Of a stretch of DNA of 64,000 bases, positions 20,165-30,092 are shown piece after piece. Both the position numbers and the translations under genes were made by a program. Positions within the stretch are counted from its first letter, which is position 1. Each line of letters begins with the position of its first letter. Origin of the DNA: a virus; IMG/VR virus record IMGVR_UViG_3300034071_000380, positions 14,687-78,686 of that record; one strand, given 5' to 3'. Under the pieces are notes generated by a model. That model was not told the origin of the DNA and did not search any database. It saw nothing but the letters and a program-made list of their open reading frames with translations.

Positions 20165-21145
20165 CTAGTAGTGAATATAAATGTCGCCTGCGGCTGTTCC
20201 AGTTGGATTTGTTCCACTGGTATTGTAAAAAACTTTATTTGCAGATGTTATCATTCCGTTTGTATAGGCATTTGAATTAGTTGCGCCGATTGTACCTTGT
20301 GAGCCAGTTGTTCCTTGTGCTCCAGTTGTACCTTGTGTGCCAGATGTACCTTGGGTTCCAGTAGCCCCTTGTGCTCCAGTTTCACCTTGTGCTCCAGTAG
20401 TTCCCTGAGTACCAAGAGTTCCTTGCGTTCCAGTTTCACCTTGTGCTCCAGTAGTTCCCTGTGCTCCAGTTGCACCTTGTGCTCCAATTGTACCTTGTGT
20501 GCCAGAGGTTCCTTGCGTTCCAGTTGCACCTTGTGCTCCAGTAGTTCCTTGTGCTCCAGTTGCACCTTGTGCTCCAGTAGCACCTTGTTCTCCTTGAATT
20601 GGCCCAACATTTGTCCAAGCAGAACCTGTCCAAACATATAAATCACCAGAAATTGTATAAGCGTCTCCAAGTGTTCCTGTTGGGTGTGCGGATTGCAGGT
20701 CTCCTAATGTTGCATACGTTCCTAAAATATCAACACCAGTTCCAGCAACTCCTTGTGTGCCAACGGCTCCTTGCGTACCAAGAGTTCCTTGCGTTCCAGT
20801 TTCACCTTGTGCTCCAGTAGTTCCCTGAGTACCAAGAGTTCCTTGCGTTCCAGTTGCACCTTGTGCTCCAGTAGTTCCCTGTGCTCCAGTTGCACCTTGT
20901 GCTCCAGTTGTTCCTTGCGTACCTTGCGTACCAAGAGTTCCTTGAGTTCCAGTTGCACCTTGTGCTCCAGTAGTTCCCTGTGCTCCAGTTGTTCCTTGTG
21001 TACCTTGTGCGCCTATAGTTCCTTGCGCTCCAGGGTTCGCAGTTAAATAAGTATCAATATTTTGTGCAAGTAGCTGAATGTCCGCAGGAATGTCTGGCGG
21101 ATCTGAATAAGCGGGAAAACTAAAACCCTTTGATGTTGAGCCCAT
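20165..21145 (-). CDS. Collagen-like (G-X-Y, Thr/Gln-rich) fibre protein
   Basis: Two long GAQ/GTQ/GTT triplet runs flanking a GDAY..GDLYVW domain. Confidence 0.85.
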   Translation of the reverse strand: MGSTSKGFSFPAYSDPPDIPADIQLLAQNIDTYLTANPGAQGTIGAQGTQGTTGAQGTTGAQGATGTQGTLGTQGTQGTTGAQGATGAQGTTGAQGATGTQGTLGTQGTTGAQGETGTQGTLGTQGAVGTQGVAGTGVDILGTYATLGDLQSAHPTGTLGDAYTISGDLYVWTGSAWTNVGPIQGEQGATGAQGATGAQGTTGAQGATGTQGTSGTQGTIGAQGATGAQGTTGAQGETGTQGTLGTQGTTGAQGETGAQGATGTQGTSGTQGTTGAQGTTGSQGTIGATNSNAYTNGMITSANKVFYNTSGTNPTGTAAGDIYIHY

Positions 21146-21178
21146 TTTAAAATTATACCACCTTAAATGTTATAATAG

Positions 21179-21922
21179 TCATGGCTTATTAAGCTCCTCA
21201 GTGCTTCCTTTATGAATTGAGCTATTGGCTGCGGCTTCTAGTAAAAGCTTGACTGGCCTATATGAATTTGGCTTAATTGTATAGGTATTAAACTTAATTT
21301 GATTGTCTTCTTGCTTCATTCGAAAATTAAATACATACCAATCAATAGGGGCTGTTATTCCCATAGACTCTATATTTTCTATAGCCTTTTTAGCCCCCGA
21401 CCTATTTACCACATATGTGGCACATGACCATTGCTGATAAGATCGGCAGGTAAGGCTATCATTATTAAAAGAATGTTTCATTTCATTATAAGCAAATAAG
21501 GAGTCATCTGGTACAAACGGAGAAAAGAACTCCCAATCTTCTGGCAACTCCACTAGATATGAATTCAATATATATGCAAAATTTTTACTAAGAACAATAT
21601 CGTCTTCAAACAAAATAAGTATATCTTTGTCTGTTTCTAGAAAGTTTTTATATGCAATATAGTTGCTTGCCCATACACCAATTACTCCAGAGCTAGGTGG
21701 AAATGTTTCTCCTGGTTGGCAATAATCTTCTACAGTATTTACCTTAAATTTAGGTGTATCGGTTAAAAATTGATTTACTTTTTCTACTGTATTCAAGTAT
21801 ATTGTGGGTGAGGTTAATCTTGGTATTCCCGCCATTTCACTTAAAACATTGTCATAAGACTGATTTCTAAATTTATTTCCGCTGTCTGTATGAAATATTT
21901 CAAAGCATGAGTTTGCTAACAT
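21179..21922 (-). CDS. Glycosyltransferase, GT25-like
   Basis: GVIGVWASN, LILFEDD, ATYVVNRSGAKK, PIDW. Confidence 0.75.
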   Translation of the reverse strand: MLANSCFEIFHTDSGNKFRNQSYDNVLSEMAGIPRLTSPTIYLNTVEKVNQFLTDTPKFKVNTVEDYCQPGETFPPSSGVIGVWASNYIAYKNFLETDKDILILFEDDIVLSKNFAYILNSYLVELPEDWEFFSPFVPDDSLFAYNEMKHSFNNDSLTCRSYQQWSCATYVVNRSGAKKAIENIESMGITAPIDWYVFNFRMKQEDNQIKFNTYTIKPNSYRPVKLLLEAAANSSIHKGSTEELNKP

Positions 21923-22446
21923 TTCTTAATCCACATTTGATATCCAGACTCTATGACTGTGTACTGATCCTTACATACCTCTAGGAAGCCGTCAACGCCT
22001 CTCTTAGGTTCTAAGAAGCGGTTGCCGTTATAGTTCCATAGGTAATCATCAAAAGCCATTACACCGCCTGATTCAAGCAACCTAAATGCATTTAATCCAT
22101 CTAATGATGTCTGTAATGCTGTATGATCTCCATCAATGTATATAAAATTAAACTGTGATTTATTTGAAGCAAAGTACTCGTCGCTTGTCATTTTGTATTT
22201 ATAAATACGAGTATCATTAAACCTAGAGTCATAATAACTTTCTACTGAATTAAAGTCTAATGATTCATGAGCAATTTCTTCGCTTCCGCCCCATGTATCT
22301 ACATCATGCAAATATTCTAATTCTCTATTATTTAAAAGCCATTCTGTAGCATCTCCCGTATATGTGCCAATTTGCAAAGCACGAAGTGGCTCATTTGGCA
22401 CATGACGGAAATACTTTTCTACATCTTTAAACCAATTAGGAAACAT
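21916..22446 (-). CDS. SAM-dependent methyltransferase (Methyltransf_24-like)
   Basis: LQIGTYTG, DVDTW, FIYIDGDH, GGVMAFDDY. Confidence 0.85.
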   Translation of the reverse strand: MFPNWFKDVEKYFRHVPNEPLRALQIGTYTGDATEWLLNNRELEYLHDVDTWGGSEEIAHESLDFNSVESYYDSRFNDTRIYKYKMTSDEYFASNKSQFNFIYIDGDHTALQTSLDGLNAFRLLESGGVMAFDDYLWNYNGNRFLEPKRGVDGFLEVCKDQYTVIESGYQMWIKKC

Positions 22447-22447
22447 A

Positions 22448-23008
22448 TTAGTACAACTTCAAATTATTAAGGCATCCAGTAACATATTCTGGAGCCATTT
22501 TATGATCATCTAATAAATGCTGGAATAGAGACTTGCTCTCTTCTTTTTTGCCAAGCCACCATCCTGCCACCGCTTTTTCAAACATCAGGCAGTATGCGCC
22601 ATTATAATCTACATATCCTGGAAGCGGTTGATGAAATGTATGTGTGGCATACAACAATCCCATTTCAGCAAATGTGTAGCAGTCTTGATACATCTTATTA
22701 CGCTCATTAATTCTTGATAGCAGGAAGTATGCCTCTGGTCTATTTGGTAAGTAGGCTATAGCCTGCATAATATTATTATGGACAGTCTTATTTCTATCGC
22801 CCTGATGTGTCCAGCATATAGCCATTCTAAGTAATGATGTGTAGGTAATTAGTGGGTGAGTCTTGTATCCAAACTCTGCTGCTCTTAAATAAAATCCAGC
22901 TGCTGAAGCATATTGTTGCTGTGCATCGTAGGCTTGTGCTAGATCAAAATTAATCTGAACATCAGATGGGTTTGAGGCCAGCGCTATTGTTAATTCTCTA
23001 ATTGCCAT
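22448..23008 (-). CDS. TPR-repeat protein
   Basis: Helical TPR-like repeats (AIAYLPNRPEAYFLLS); likely start MAIRE at 23008. Confidence 0.7.
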   Translation of the reverse strand: MAIRELTIALASNPSDVQINFDLAQAYDAQQQYASAAGFYLRAAEFGYKTHPLITYTSLLRMAICWTHQGDRNKTVHNNIMQAIAYLPNRPEAYFLLSRINERNKMYQDCYTFAEMGLLYATHTFHQPLPGYVDYNGAYCLMFEKAVAGWWLGKKEESKSLFQHLLDDHKMAPEYVTGCLNNLKLY

Positions 23009-24002
23009 ATGCCATTGCCTCCGTAATAATTTCATTTACAACATTTGACGGAACTTCTAATATAAATGCTGCATTGTCTTGAATGCCAAAGCTTAGTAAT
23101 AAGTTGTCATTTTTAATTGCAGCACCAACACAAAATTCAATCGGTGTATCAAGAAATGCAAACGATTTGCTTAGCCCAACAAAGTTAAAATCTTTATCCC
23201 ATACAATAACCCTATGTCTATAAATTGAGTCTTTTTGTTTAAGATAATTCTTCCATAGTTTTACTTCATGGGTAACTGTAATATAATACTCTCCCCATTT
23301 AATAACATTGGTTCCGCCTCTTTGATCAATTGGGGCAGCAGGAGTAGATTTAACAACAACTTGTTCACATTCTGGTTTATCTGGATTAGCCTTTACAATC
23401 TCTGTAGGCATTGCCCATTTAACAAAGTGATACGGCTGATCTAATATAGGCATCCAGTTTTTCTCACAATATGATGTTGCCTCATCAATTGGAGCTGGGA
23501 TTCTTACACGCTGTATTTCTGTTGCAGTCCAGTTTTCTTTATCTAATTCAATCTTAGAGTATTCCATTCGGCCTTGCCCGTTTGGAGTTGTATCACGGCG
23601 AACACCAATAAGATAGTAGTCTCCACCCCATTGTGTAATTCTACAATCTTCTTCGCCAACAAACTCCCAAATTGGCGGTACATCAAATTTAGAATAATCT
23701 ACTTTAGTATAATTAATTATATTTAATTTATTATCTAAGCGACATAAATAATTAGTTGTTACAAGTCTCTGATCTTTTTCAGGATGTAAGTATGATAATG
23801 GTCCCCAAGGACTGAAGAAGTTTTGATCTTTTTCTGAATGATAAAGCGTATAATTAACTCTGCGAATATTTACTAAAATATCTCCGTCATCATCAATAAA
23901 GATAGATGGATTCATTAATCCCATTCCGTCTGAAACTTCGGCTGGAATAATAAGGGGAACTAAATTTCCCCCACTATCTATTGATCTTTGTACTAGATTC
24001 AT
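22998..24002 (-). CDS. Five-bladed beta-propeller glycoside hydrolase/phosphorylase-like protein
   Basis: MNPSIF, GEEDCRI, CEKNWMP, RGGT, IEFCVG, LSFGIQD. Confidence 0.7.
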   Translation of the reverse strand: MNLVQRSIDSGGNLVPLIIPAEVSDGMGLMNPSIFIDDDGDILVNIRRVNYTLYHSEKDQNFFSPWGPLSYLHPEKDQRLVTTNYLCRLDNKLNIINYTKVDYSKFDVPPIWEFVGEEDCRITQWGGDYYLIGVRRDTTPNGQGRMEYSKIELDKENWTATEIQRVRIPAPIDEATSYCEKNWMPILDQPYHFVKWAMPTEIVKANPDKPECEQVVVKSTPAAPIDQRGGTNVIKWGEYYITVTHEVKLWKNYLKQKDSIYRHRVIVWDKDFNFVGLSKSFAFLDTPIEFCVGAAIKNDNLLLSFGIQDNAAFILEVPSNVVNEIITEAMAYGN

Positions 24003-24057
24003 AGTACCTATTCTACTATTTAAAACAATTATTGTAAATGTTTATTAATTAAATTTA

Positions 24058-24618
24058 TTATGCAATTATTTCATTATAAATTAAGTATATTTGTTCTAAA
24101 TCAGCAGCAAACTCTGTTGTTATTTGTGAATGTAGTTCTGTATTATCTTGTGTATTAAATCCAGGTACAGCATGTGTTCTACCATCAGATATTAAACTAT
24201 TAGTTACATCCAAATCATTTACTTGAAGCGGTTCCCCTAATTGTGGAAATTTTTGATAGAACTTATTAAGTACAGAATTTATATCAGTACACATTTCGTC
24301 AAACCTAGAGATAAAAATATTTTCTTTATTATTTTTAATATCTTCTAAATATGTTTTAACATATTTAACGTGTTGATTTTTTTGCTCAGTGTTGTTTTCT
24401 ATTTTAAAAAATGAAAAAACAGAACTAAGTGTATCTACTGGATCTCTTAAAGAAATTGCTATTCCAGAATAAATTGTTAAATCTTTTATAAGTCCGACCC
24501 CAAAATGTGGCGCAGGGTCGTCTGAAGTAATAACTGCATTTGGATAAGCAATTTTTAAAGAGTGGTGTAAAAAATTAGATCCTGTTCTAAAATAACCATC
24601 AGAGTATATTAGCGTCAT
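24058..24618 (-). CDS. Sulfotransferase-like protein
   Basis: DGYFRTGSNFL (PAPS-loop-like) and LRDPVDTLSS (3'-phosphate-binding-like); start MTLIY at 24618. Confidence 0.65.
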   Translation of the reverse strand: MTLIYSDGYFRTGSNFLHHSLKIAYPNAVITSDDPAPHFGVGLIKDLTIYSGIAISLRDPVDTLSSVFSFFKIENNTEQKNQHVKYVKTYLEDIKNNKENIFISRFDEMCTDINSVLNKFYQKFPQLGEPLQVNDLDVTNSLISDGRTHAVPGFNTQDNTELHSQITTEFAADLEQIYLIYNEIIA

Positions 24619-24785
24619 TCTACTTCCCTCCATGATAAAGATTCTTCATGCCAATAGTAAGTCTTTCCGTCTACTGGTAAAGCAACTGGTGAATCCCAAT
24701 ATTTACCTCCAAGACCGTTGTCTTTTAAAACCCAAGACTCATGTGGTTTTGGTAAAGACTCATCAAATTCGTGATTAACCGACAT
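24615..24785 (-). CDS. Small Trp/Pro-rich fibre-associated protein (56 aa, below ORF track cutoff)
   Basis: MSVNHEFDESLPKPHESWVLKD..YWDSPVALP..YYWHEESLSW; paralogous to the C-termini of 29159..29515 and 32622..32930. Confidence 0.7.
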   Translation of the reverse strand: MSVNHEFDESLPKPHESWVLKDNGLGGKYWDSPVALPVDGKTYYWHEESLSWREVE

Positions 24786-26775
24786 ATTTTAAGATCACCA
24801 CCCCATTACCACCGCTTGCACCAGGTGTATTTTGTGAATTTGAATTAATAATACTTACCCATCCACAACCTCCTCCGCCTCCAGTACCAGTACCATTCGC
24901 TCCTGCACCAGGCAATGTAAAAGGTCTAAAGTTATCGACACGGGAATCTCCAGCAGAGCCAGATGCCCCGCCCAATCCGTCACCTGATGTGTATGGAGAA
25001 TAAGGATTTGCTCCTCCACCACCTGCTGCGTATTTACTTCCAAAATATGTTACCGCCCCGCCTGGTACTCCATAGTAAGCATTACTTACAGTGTTTCCAG
25101 TTGAGTTTGGAGATGCATTTAATGCACCACCTCCTCCACCAGCGTTATTTCCTTGTGCGTTAGATCCAGCTTTTCCTTGTCCAGATGTTCCTGATCCTCC
25201 TAAGTGTCTATTAGTATTAATACTATTATTTGAAACTGTCGCACCTCCGCCACCTGAACCAAATCCACTATTTGCAGTTACTCTAGCATTTGCAGTACTA
25301 TTTGCTCCTCTTTCTCCTCCAAGGGCTGTTAAGTTTGCAAATACTGAAGAGTTTCCGCTAGTATCGCCTCCTCCTCCATTGCCAACTGTTACTGCGTAGT
25401 TAGTATTTGGGCTAATTGAAAGGGCAGCAGAGTACTGTACTCCACCTGCGCCTCCACCGCCGCCGCCAAATTCACCAGAGAGATTAGATCCTCCAAAACC
25501 TCCGCCGCCGCCGCCGCCAACAAGTAGAACCTCAACATTTGATACTCCTGGGTTTGTAAAAGTGCCACTGGAATTAAATGTTGTTGTTAATGTAGTTGGA
25601 GCTGTAACTGCAGAAGATGCAGAGCTTGCTGCAGATGTTCCTTGTGCAGAGGTAGAGGTTACGGTAAATGTATAGCTAGTCCCACCAGTTAAACCTGAAA
25701 CAACAATAGGTGAAGAAGATCCTGTTGCAGTAATTGAACCTGGGCTAGATGTTACGGTATAAGATGTTGGAGTATATCCAGTTGTTGGTGCTGTAAATGC
25801 AACAGAAATAGATCCAACTGTTGAAGTTTTTGTTCCTGCAACTGATGTTGGAGCAACGGGAACTGTTTGTCTTGCCATTGTAAATGCTCTGTCTACAAAG
25901 TTGCCACCAGAGTCAGTAGCTCTAATAGTAAATGATCCAGGAGAGGCAGAGCTAGAAGTTCCAGAAATTACTCCAGTTGAAGAGTTTAATGTCATTGAAC
26001 TTGGAAGAGATCCAGACGCAATTGAGTATGTTATTGAAGAACCTCCGTCAGCATCTGTTGCTGACAAGGTTGTTGAGTATGCTAAATTTACAAAAAACGT
26101 TGGTAGAGTAGAAGATGTGACCCAAACTGGAGCTGCTCCAACTGTTGCTGAATTTATTAACTTATGAGCATTTGATGATGTTGGTGGAGCAATTCCAGGA
26201 TTTGTTGCAGTAATTGTATAAGGAGAAAATGTAGTTGGCATATCGTCTGGTCTTGTAACAGTTAAAGATGTAGAAGATGTTCTAGTAACAGATTTTGCAT
26301 TTCTAGCAACTGAATCTGATCCAGTAAATGTTACTTCAACATCAGTAGCAAAATTTTGGCCCGTTAAAACAGTTGTGTTATTTATATTTGGAAGAGAAGC
26401 AGTACCTGTTGATATTAATCTTGCGGCTGCTGCAACATTTGTTGCTATATCGCTAGTATTAAAAACATATAAAAATTGAAATACTAAAATATCATTATTT
26501 GTAGCTCCATAAATAACAACTTTATTAAAAGATTTAGATGCAACAATAGTGGTTGATGCGGTTGTTGCATTTGCATAACCTGCGCTTGTTCCATCTTCAT
26601 TAATAAGATAAACGTCTAGTGTTGCATCTGAAAGTGAAGATGTGCATATGTAGCTACCTGCTGGAAAAGTTGTTGTTAATGAAACATTTGTATAGCCAGA
26701 AGCTCCTACATTGATATTAAAATCATTTGTTGCTGCTCCGCCGCCTCCAGATAAACTTGTATAACTTAATGCCAT
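24775..26775 (-). CDS. Fibre/adhesin: Ig (He_PIG-like), FN3 and C-terminal glycine-rich domain
   Basis: SGSLPSSMTLNSSTGVISGT; YTFTVT; VEVLLVGGGGGGG...GGNGVVILKY; start overlaps the upstream stop (TAATG). Confidence 0.8.
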   Translation of the reverse strand: MALSYTSLSGGGGAATNDFNINVGASGYTNVSLTTTFPAGSYICTSSLSDATLDVYLINEDGTSAGYANATTASTTIVASKSFNKVVIYGATNNDILVFQFLYVFNTSDIATNVAAAARLISTGTASLPNINNTTVLTGQNFATDVEVTFTGSDSVARNAKSVTRTSSTSLTVTRPDDMPTTFSPYTITATNPGIAPPTSSNAHKLINSATVGAAPVWVTSSTLPTFFVNLAYSTTLSATDADGGSSITYSIASGSLPSSMTLNSSTGVISGTSSSASPGSFTIRATDSGGNFVDRAFTMARQTVPVAPTSVAGTKTSTVGSISVAFTAPTTGYTPTSYTVTSSPGSITATGSSSPIVVSGLTGGTSYTFTVTSTSAQGTSAASSASSAVTAPTTLTTTFNSSGTFTNPGVSNVEVLLVGGGGGGGFGGSNLSGEFGGGGGGAGGVQYSAALSISPNTNYAVTVGNGGGGDTSGNSSVFANLTALGGERGANSTANARVTANSGFGSGGGGATVSNNSINTNRHLGGSGTSGQGKAGSNAQGNNAGGGGGALNASPNSTGNTVSNAYYGVPGGAVTYFGSKYAAGGGGANPYSPYTSGDGLGGASGSAGDSRVDNFRPFTLPGAGANGTGTGGGGGCGWVSIINSNSQNTPGASGGNGVVILKYVG

Positions 26776-27281
26776 TATCCTACTCTCCATCCATAAGTTG
26801 ATCCAGTATAAATTAAAACAACTGCTGCATTATTTGCATCAATTTCTAAATCTTGAACTGAACCATTTATTTTATTTGAATTTGAACTTACTGTAATTTT
26901 ATTTGTTGCTGCCTCCCCAGTTACATCAAATATATGAATTTCATCTCCCAAAGCAGGTGAGGCTGGAAGAGTTAATGTTCTAACAGCAGAAGTATTAACC
27001 ATATAATTAATATTTTTAGCTATTGTTATATTTGAAGAAACTGAAACTGCTGTCCATAATGGAACAATTGAAGCTAAAGATGTTGGAGCATATGTTGTTC
27101 CGCCAGATGAATATAAAAATTCTCCAGAACTAGGAGATGTTGTTGTTCCTGTTCCGCCGTATTGTGTTGCTAAATTTGTATGAGAATCAACTAAATGATC
27201 AGTAGATAATAAAACTCCACTAGCATTGCTTAGTCCAGCTATAGTAAGCTTATTCTTTACTTTAAAATCTTTATCTGACAA
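26775..27281 (-). CDS. Fibre adaptor protein (KDFKVK N-terminus; TLTLPASP..GDEI domain)
   Basis: Paralog of 32109..32594 and of the C-terminus of 34003..34515. Confidence 0.7.
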   Translation of the reverse strand: MSDKDFKVKNKLTIAGLSNASGVLLSTDHLVDSHTNLATQYGGTGTTTSPSSGEFLYSSGGTTYAPTSLASIVPLWTAVSVSSNITIAKNINYMVNTSAVRTLTLPASPALGDEIHIFDVTGEAATNKITVSSNSNKINGSVQDLEIDANNAAVVLIYTGSTYGWRVG

Positions 27282-27341
27282 GTCGGTTCACTATCCCCTT
27301 ATTGATATAGGATAATTATAGCATAATGGGATTATTAGGCT

Positions 27342-27641
27342 TTAAAATGCTGTATCTGGCTCTTTTTTAGATGTTATTATAACAGCCTTTGTTCCGTCCC
27401 AACGTACACGACCTTTACATCCAACATTAAACTTTTTAACTTCGCCTTCATAGGAAATTTGATCATGCATGTATCCATGAATTTCAAATCCGCTTGCGAG
27501 AAGTTCCACACCATTTATATAAACTCTCCAGACCAAAGGATTATCTTTTTCTGCTTTAGTATTAAAACGTAGAATAATATCATCATATGGGCGAAGCCAT
27601 CTGTCTTTAGCAATTTTTAAAACATAGCTTAATTTACTCAT
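27342..27641 (-). CDS. Hypothetical protein
   Basis: 99-aa ORF coupled to the upstream gene. Confidence 0.65.
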   Translation of the reverse strand: MSKLSYVLKIAKDRWLRPYDDIILRFNTKAEKDNPLVWRVYINGVELLASGFEIHGYMHDQISYEGEVKKFNVGCKGRVRWDGTKAVIITSKKEPDTAF

Positions 27642-28396
27642 ATACCCATTTCCTTGCGTTTTTGCGTTGCAGAAATAGCATGAATATCTGCACCTAAATC
27701 TACTTGTTCAATCTTATATCCTACGTCTCTTCCATATACAATATTTGTAATATTAGGCAGTCTTAGTACTAATGCACCATCCATAAAGTCATCCTTAGCA
27801 ATATACTCTTTTACCTGATCAAATGTTAACGGGTCTTTAGGACTTGTGTTATATGTATTACGTACTCCAAGAAGAACTTGTTCTGTTCTGTTTCCCGCCT
27901 CTTTATATAATGCGTGATGGCCTTCATGCCATGGCTGATATCTTCCAAGCATTAGTGTTGTTGGAGCGGACCAATCATGAAGATTAAACTTTTCAATTAT
28001 ATATGAAGCTTTACCTTCGGTATCTAAGTTATGACTAATAAAAGATGCATCAAATTCTGTAGGACGCTCAAACATTTTATTTGTATCTTCAAAGCGTCCC
28101 TCTGCTAATGTATCCATAAATATCAAAATGTTTGGTTTGCCAAATGCTGCACGAGTTAGGCTTGTTGGGCAAATAAAATCTACAATTACTGTATGCCCTT
28201 GCCCATCTAGCATACGTGCAATTTCACCCAATCTACGTGCATGCTCAATTCTATCTTCAATTGTAAATCCAAGATCTGAATTAATTGTTGCACGAACATA
28301 GTCTGCATTTAAATGAATAGCGTTAATACGTTCTTTAAGGGCGGTAGCAAGGGTCGTCTTACCACTTCCTGGAAGTCCCATAATCTGTATAATCAT
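27638..28396 (-). CDS. cysC: Adenylylsulfate kinase-like domain fused to an HxGH nucleotidyltransferase domain
   Basis: GLPGSGKTT P-loop, NADYVR, DLGFTIEDRIEHARR, DFICP, FERP; second domain LGRYQPWHEGH..GRDVGY..ISAT. Confidence 0.75.
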   Translation of the reverse strand: MIIQIMGLPGSGKTTLATALKERINAIHLNADYVRATINSDLGFTIEDRIEHARRLGEIARMLDGQGHTVIVDFICPTSLTRAAFGKPNILIFMDTLAEGRFEDTNKMFERPTEFDASFISHNLDTEGKASYIIEKFNLHDWSAPTTLMLGRYQPWHEGHHALYKEAGNRTEQVLLGVRNTYNTSPKDPLTFDQVKEYIAKDDFMDGALVLRLPNITNIVYGRDVGYKIEQVDLGADIHAISATQKRKEMGI

Positions 28397-29121
28397 TAAC
28401 GATATTCCTTTGTTTGTCTATATTGAACTTTATATGAATCAAAAAATCTAGTTCTAAGCCTTGTTGTTATTTTATTTGTTTCGACAAGGTCTTCTTGTTT
28501 TCCAATAGACATCTGCCAATCTTCTCTTAAAAATGGAATTGCTTGAGCTATTGGAGTTCCAGCTGGGATAAGGCCTTCAAAATTTATATCGTTTAGTACA
28601 AACGGAAAATTAACTGCAGCAGAGTATGTATCGGTATCTACAATTCCTGGCAAAATTGTGAAAGATGATTCTCTATGAAATGGTTGTGTAAATAAAACTG
28701 AATACCCAGGTGGAGTTTTGATTGCCCATGGATTTATCCATTTTGGATAGGAAACTTCATGCCCATTTCTATTCGGATGATTTGGTGCTTGTTCTACTGG
28801 ATGAAATTCAATTAAACTAAAATTTGCCCATTCATACCATGGTTTTTTGCCTAAAGAATTTTCATTTTCGTCAAATATTTCTCTTTGTGAAACATATACA
28901 TCTGCTGGAGTTTTAATAATATATCCTGCATTAATTACATCAAATACTGGCATACAACGTTTAATTGTTCCTGTTGTATTGCCATTTCCTGATGGCTTTT
29001 TTTCTCCGCCCATATATGACTCTAAATCTTTATACCAAGAAGGTATGTTTTTTGAAGCGGGTTCTGGAGGAAATATCTCTTCAATCCCCATCATATTTGT
29101 AAAAGTAATTATTTGATTCAT
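28396..29121 (-). CDS. Conserved phage hypothetical protein (dUTPase-like beta fold)
   Basis: TIKRCMPVFD..GY, PWAIKTPPGYS, GIVDTD, IPAGTPIAQAIPF. Confidence 0.6.
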   Translation of the reverse strand: MNQIITFTNMMGIEEIFPPEPASKNIPSWYKDLESYMGGEKKPSGNGNTTGTIKRCMPVFDVINAGYIIKTPADVYVSQREIFDENENSLGKKPWYEWANFSLIEFHPVEQAPNHPNRNGHEVSYPKWINPWAIKTPPGYSVLFTQPFHRESSFTILPGIVDTDTYSAAVNFPFVLNDINFEGLIPAGTPIAQAIPFLREDWQMSIGKQEDLVETNKITTRLRTRFFDSYKVQYRQTKEYR

Positions 29122-29158
29122 ATATAAAGTTTACTATATGTTGGTAAAATTGTAAAGA

Positions 29159-29515
29159 CTACTCATCTGTAGGAGGGGTACTTTGTTCTATTTCTACCCA
29201 ATTAACTATATCTTCATTCCATATCCAATTTGAAGAATCTGGTTTAGCAATAGGCGGAACCCATTCATTTAGATCCTCATCAAATACCCATGAAGGGTGT
29301 GGAGATGGAAGAAGAAATCTGTTTCCATTCCAAAATGCAACCCCTATAGAGGCAAGCTCTTTTTCAAAATCCATAGGGTAAGCATTTGCACAAGAAAAAT
29401 CTATTTTTAGCCTATCTATAGTTGTAGAGTCATTTTCTTTAACTACAAAAACATGTTGCAAAACATTATTTTCATCTACAAATCCATATCTAACATCTTT
29501 TAAGTTTTCAGACAT
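29159..29515 (-). CDS. Fibre-associated small protein (P-x-P-H-x-S-W...W-x-P-P motif)
   Basis: PSPHPSWVFDEDLNEWVPPIAKP..WIWNE..W. Confidence 0.7.
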   Translation of the reverse strand: MSENLKDVRYGFVDENNVLQHVFVVKENDSTTIDRLKIDFSCANAYPMDFEKELASIGVAFWNGNRFLLPSPHPSWVFDEDLNEWVPPIAKPDSSNWIWNEDIVNWVEIEQSTPPTDE

Positions 29516-30092
29516 TGCTTTTCTCCATCTTTTCTTTTATTTTACTATATATTTCTATAGCTTCTTGAGTTTCATTTAATTTTAAAAAATCTTCTTTTAT
29601 TTTTAAATCTGGTAGATACTCACTTCTTTTGTTAAAAAACATTTTTTTATTTCTTTCCATATATTCATTAATTAAATCTAAATCAGCAGTATTTGTTTTT
29701 TTTATTTTAAATTTTTTTGAAATTAGATTAGAAATGTAATCTAAGTTTTTTGTAAAAATATCAAAATCTAGACATAGAATATTATCAAAGTTTTCATAAA
29801 CATAATTCATGTATCTTGTATAAAATTTTATATCTAAATCAATGTTTACGCCTGCATCTTTTCTATTTAAAAATTTTTTAAATTCATAAAATGAAGCAAT
29901 AGTATCTATCGGGTTACGTATTGGTACTATAATGTTATTTTTTTGTTCAACCTGTTTAGATAAATATATTACAGAATGCTCATGTAAAGACATACACTTT
30001 ACATCTTTATACATACTTTCTATGCAGGTCTCTAGAAATGTATTTCCAGTTCTAAAAAATCCAGCAATGACTATGTTAGACTGATCTTCCAT
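29508..30092 (-). CDS. Sulfotransferase-like protein
   Basis: AGFFRTGNTFL and IRNPIDTIAS; paralog of 24058..24618. Confidence 0.65.
   Translation of the reverse strand: MEDQSNIVIAGFFRTGNTFLETCIESMYKDVKCMSLHEHSVIYLSKQVEQKNNIIVPIRNPIDTIASFYEFKKFLNRKDAGVNIDLDIKFYTRYMNYVYENFDNILCLDFDIFTKNLDYISNLISKKFKIKKTNTADLDLINEYMERNKKMFFNKRSEYLPDLKIKEDFLKLNETQEAIEIYSKIKEKMEKSNV

Noticed and set aside
20280-21030. Tandem DNA repeats resembling an array
   Set aside because: 9/18-nt periodicity encodes G-X-Y collagen; no constant repeat with unique spacers and no cas genes, so not CRISPR.
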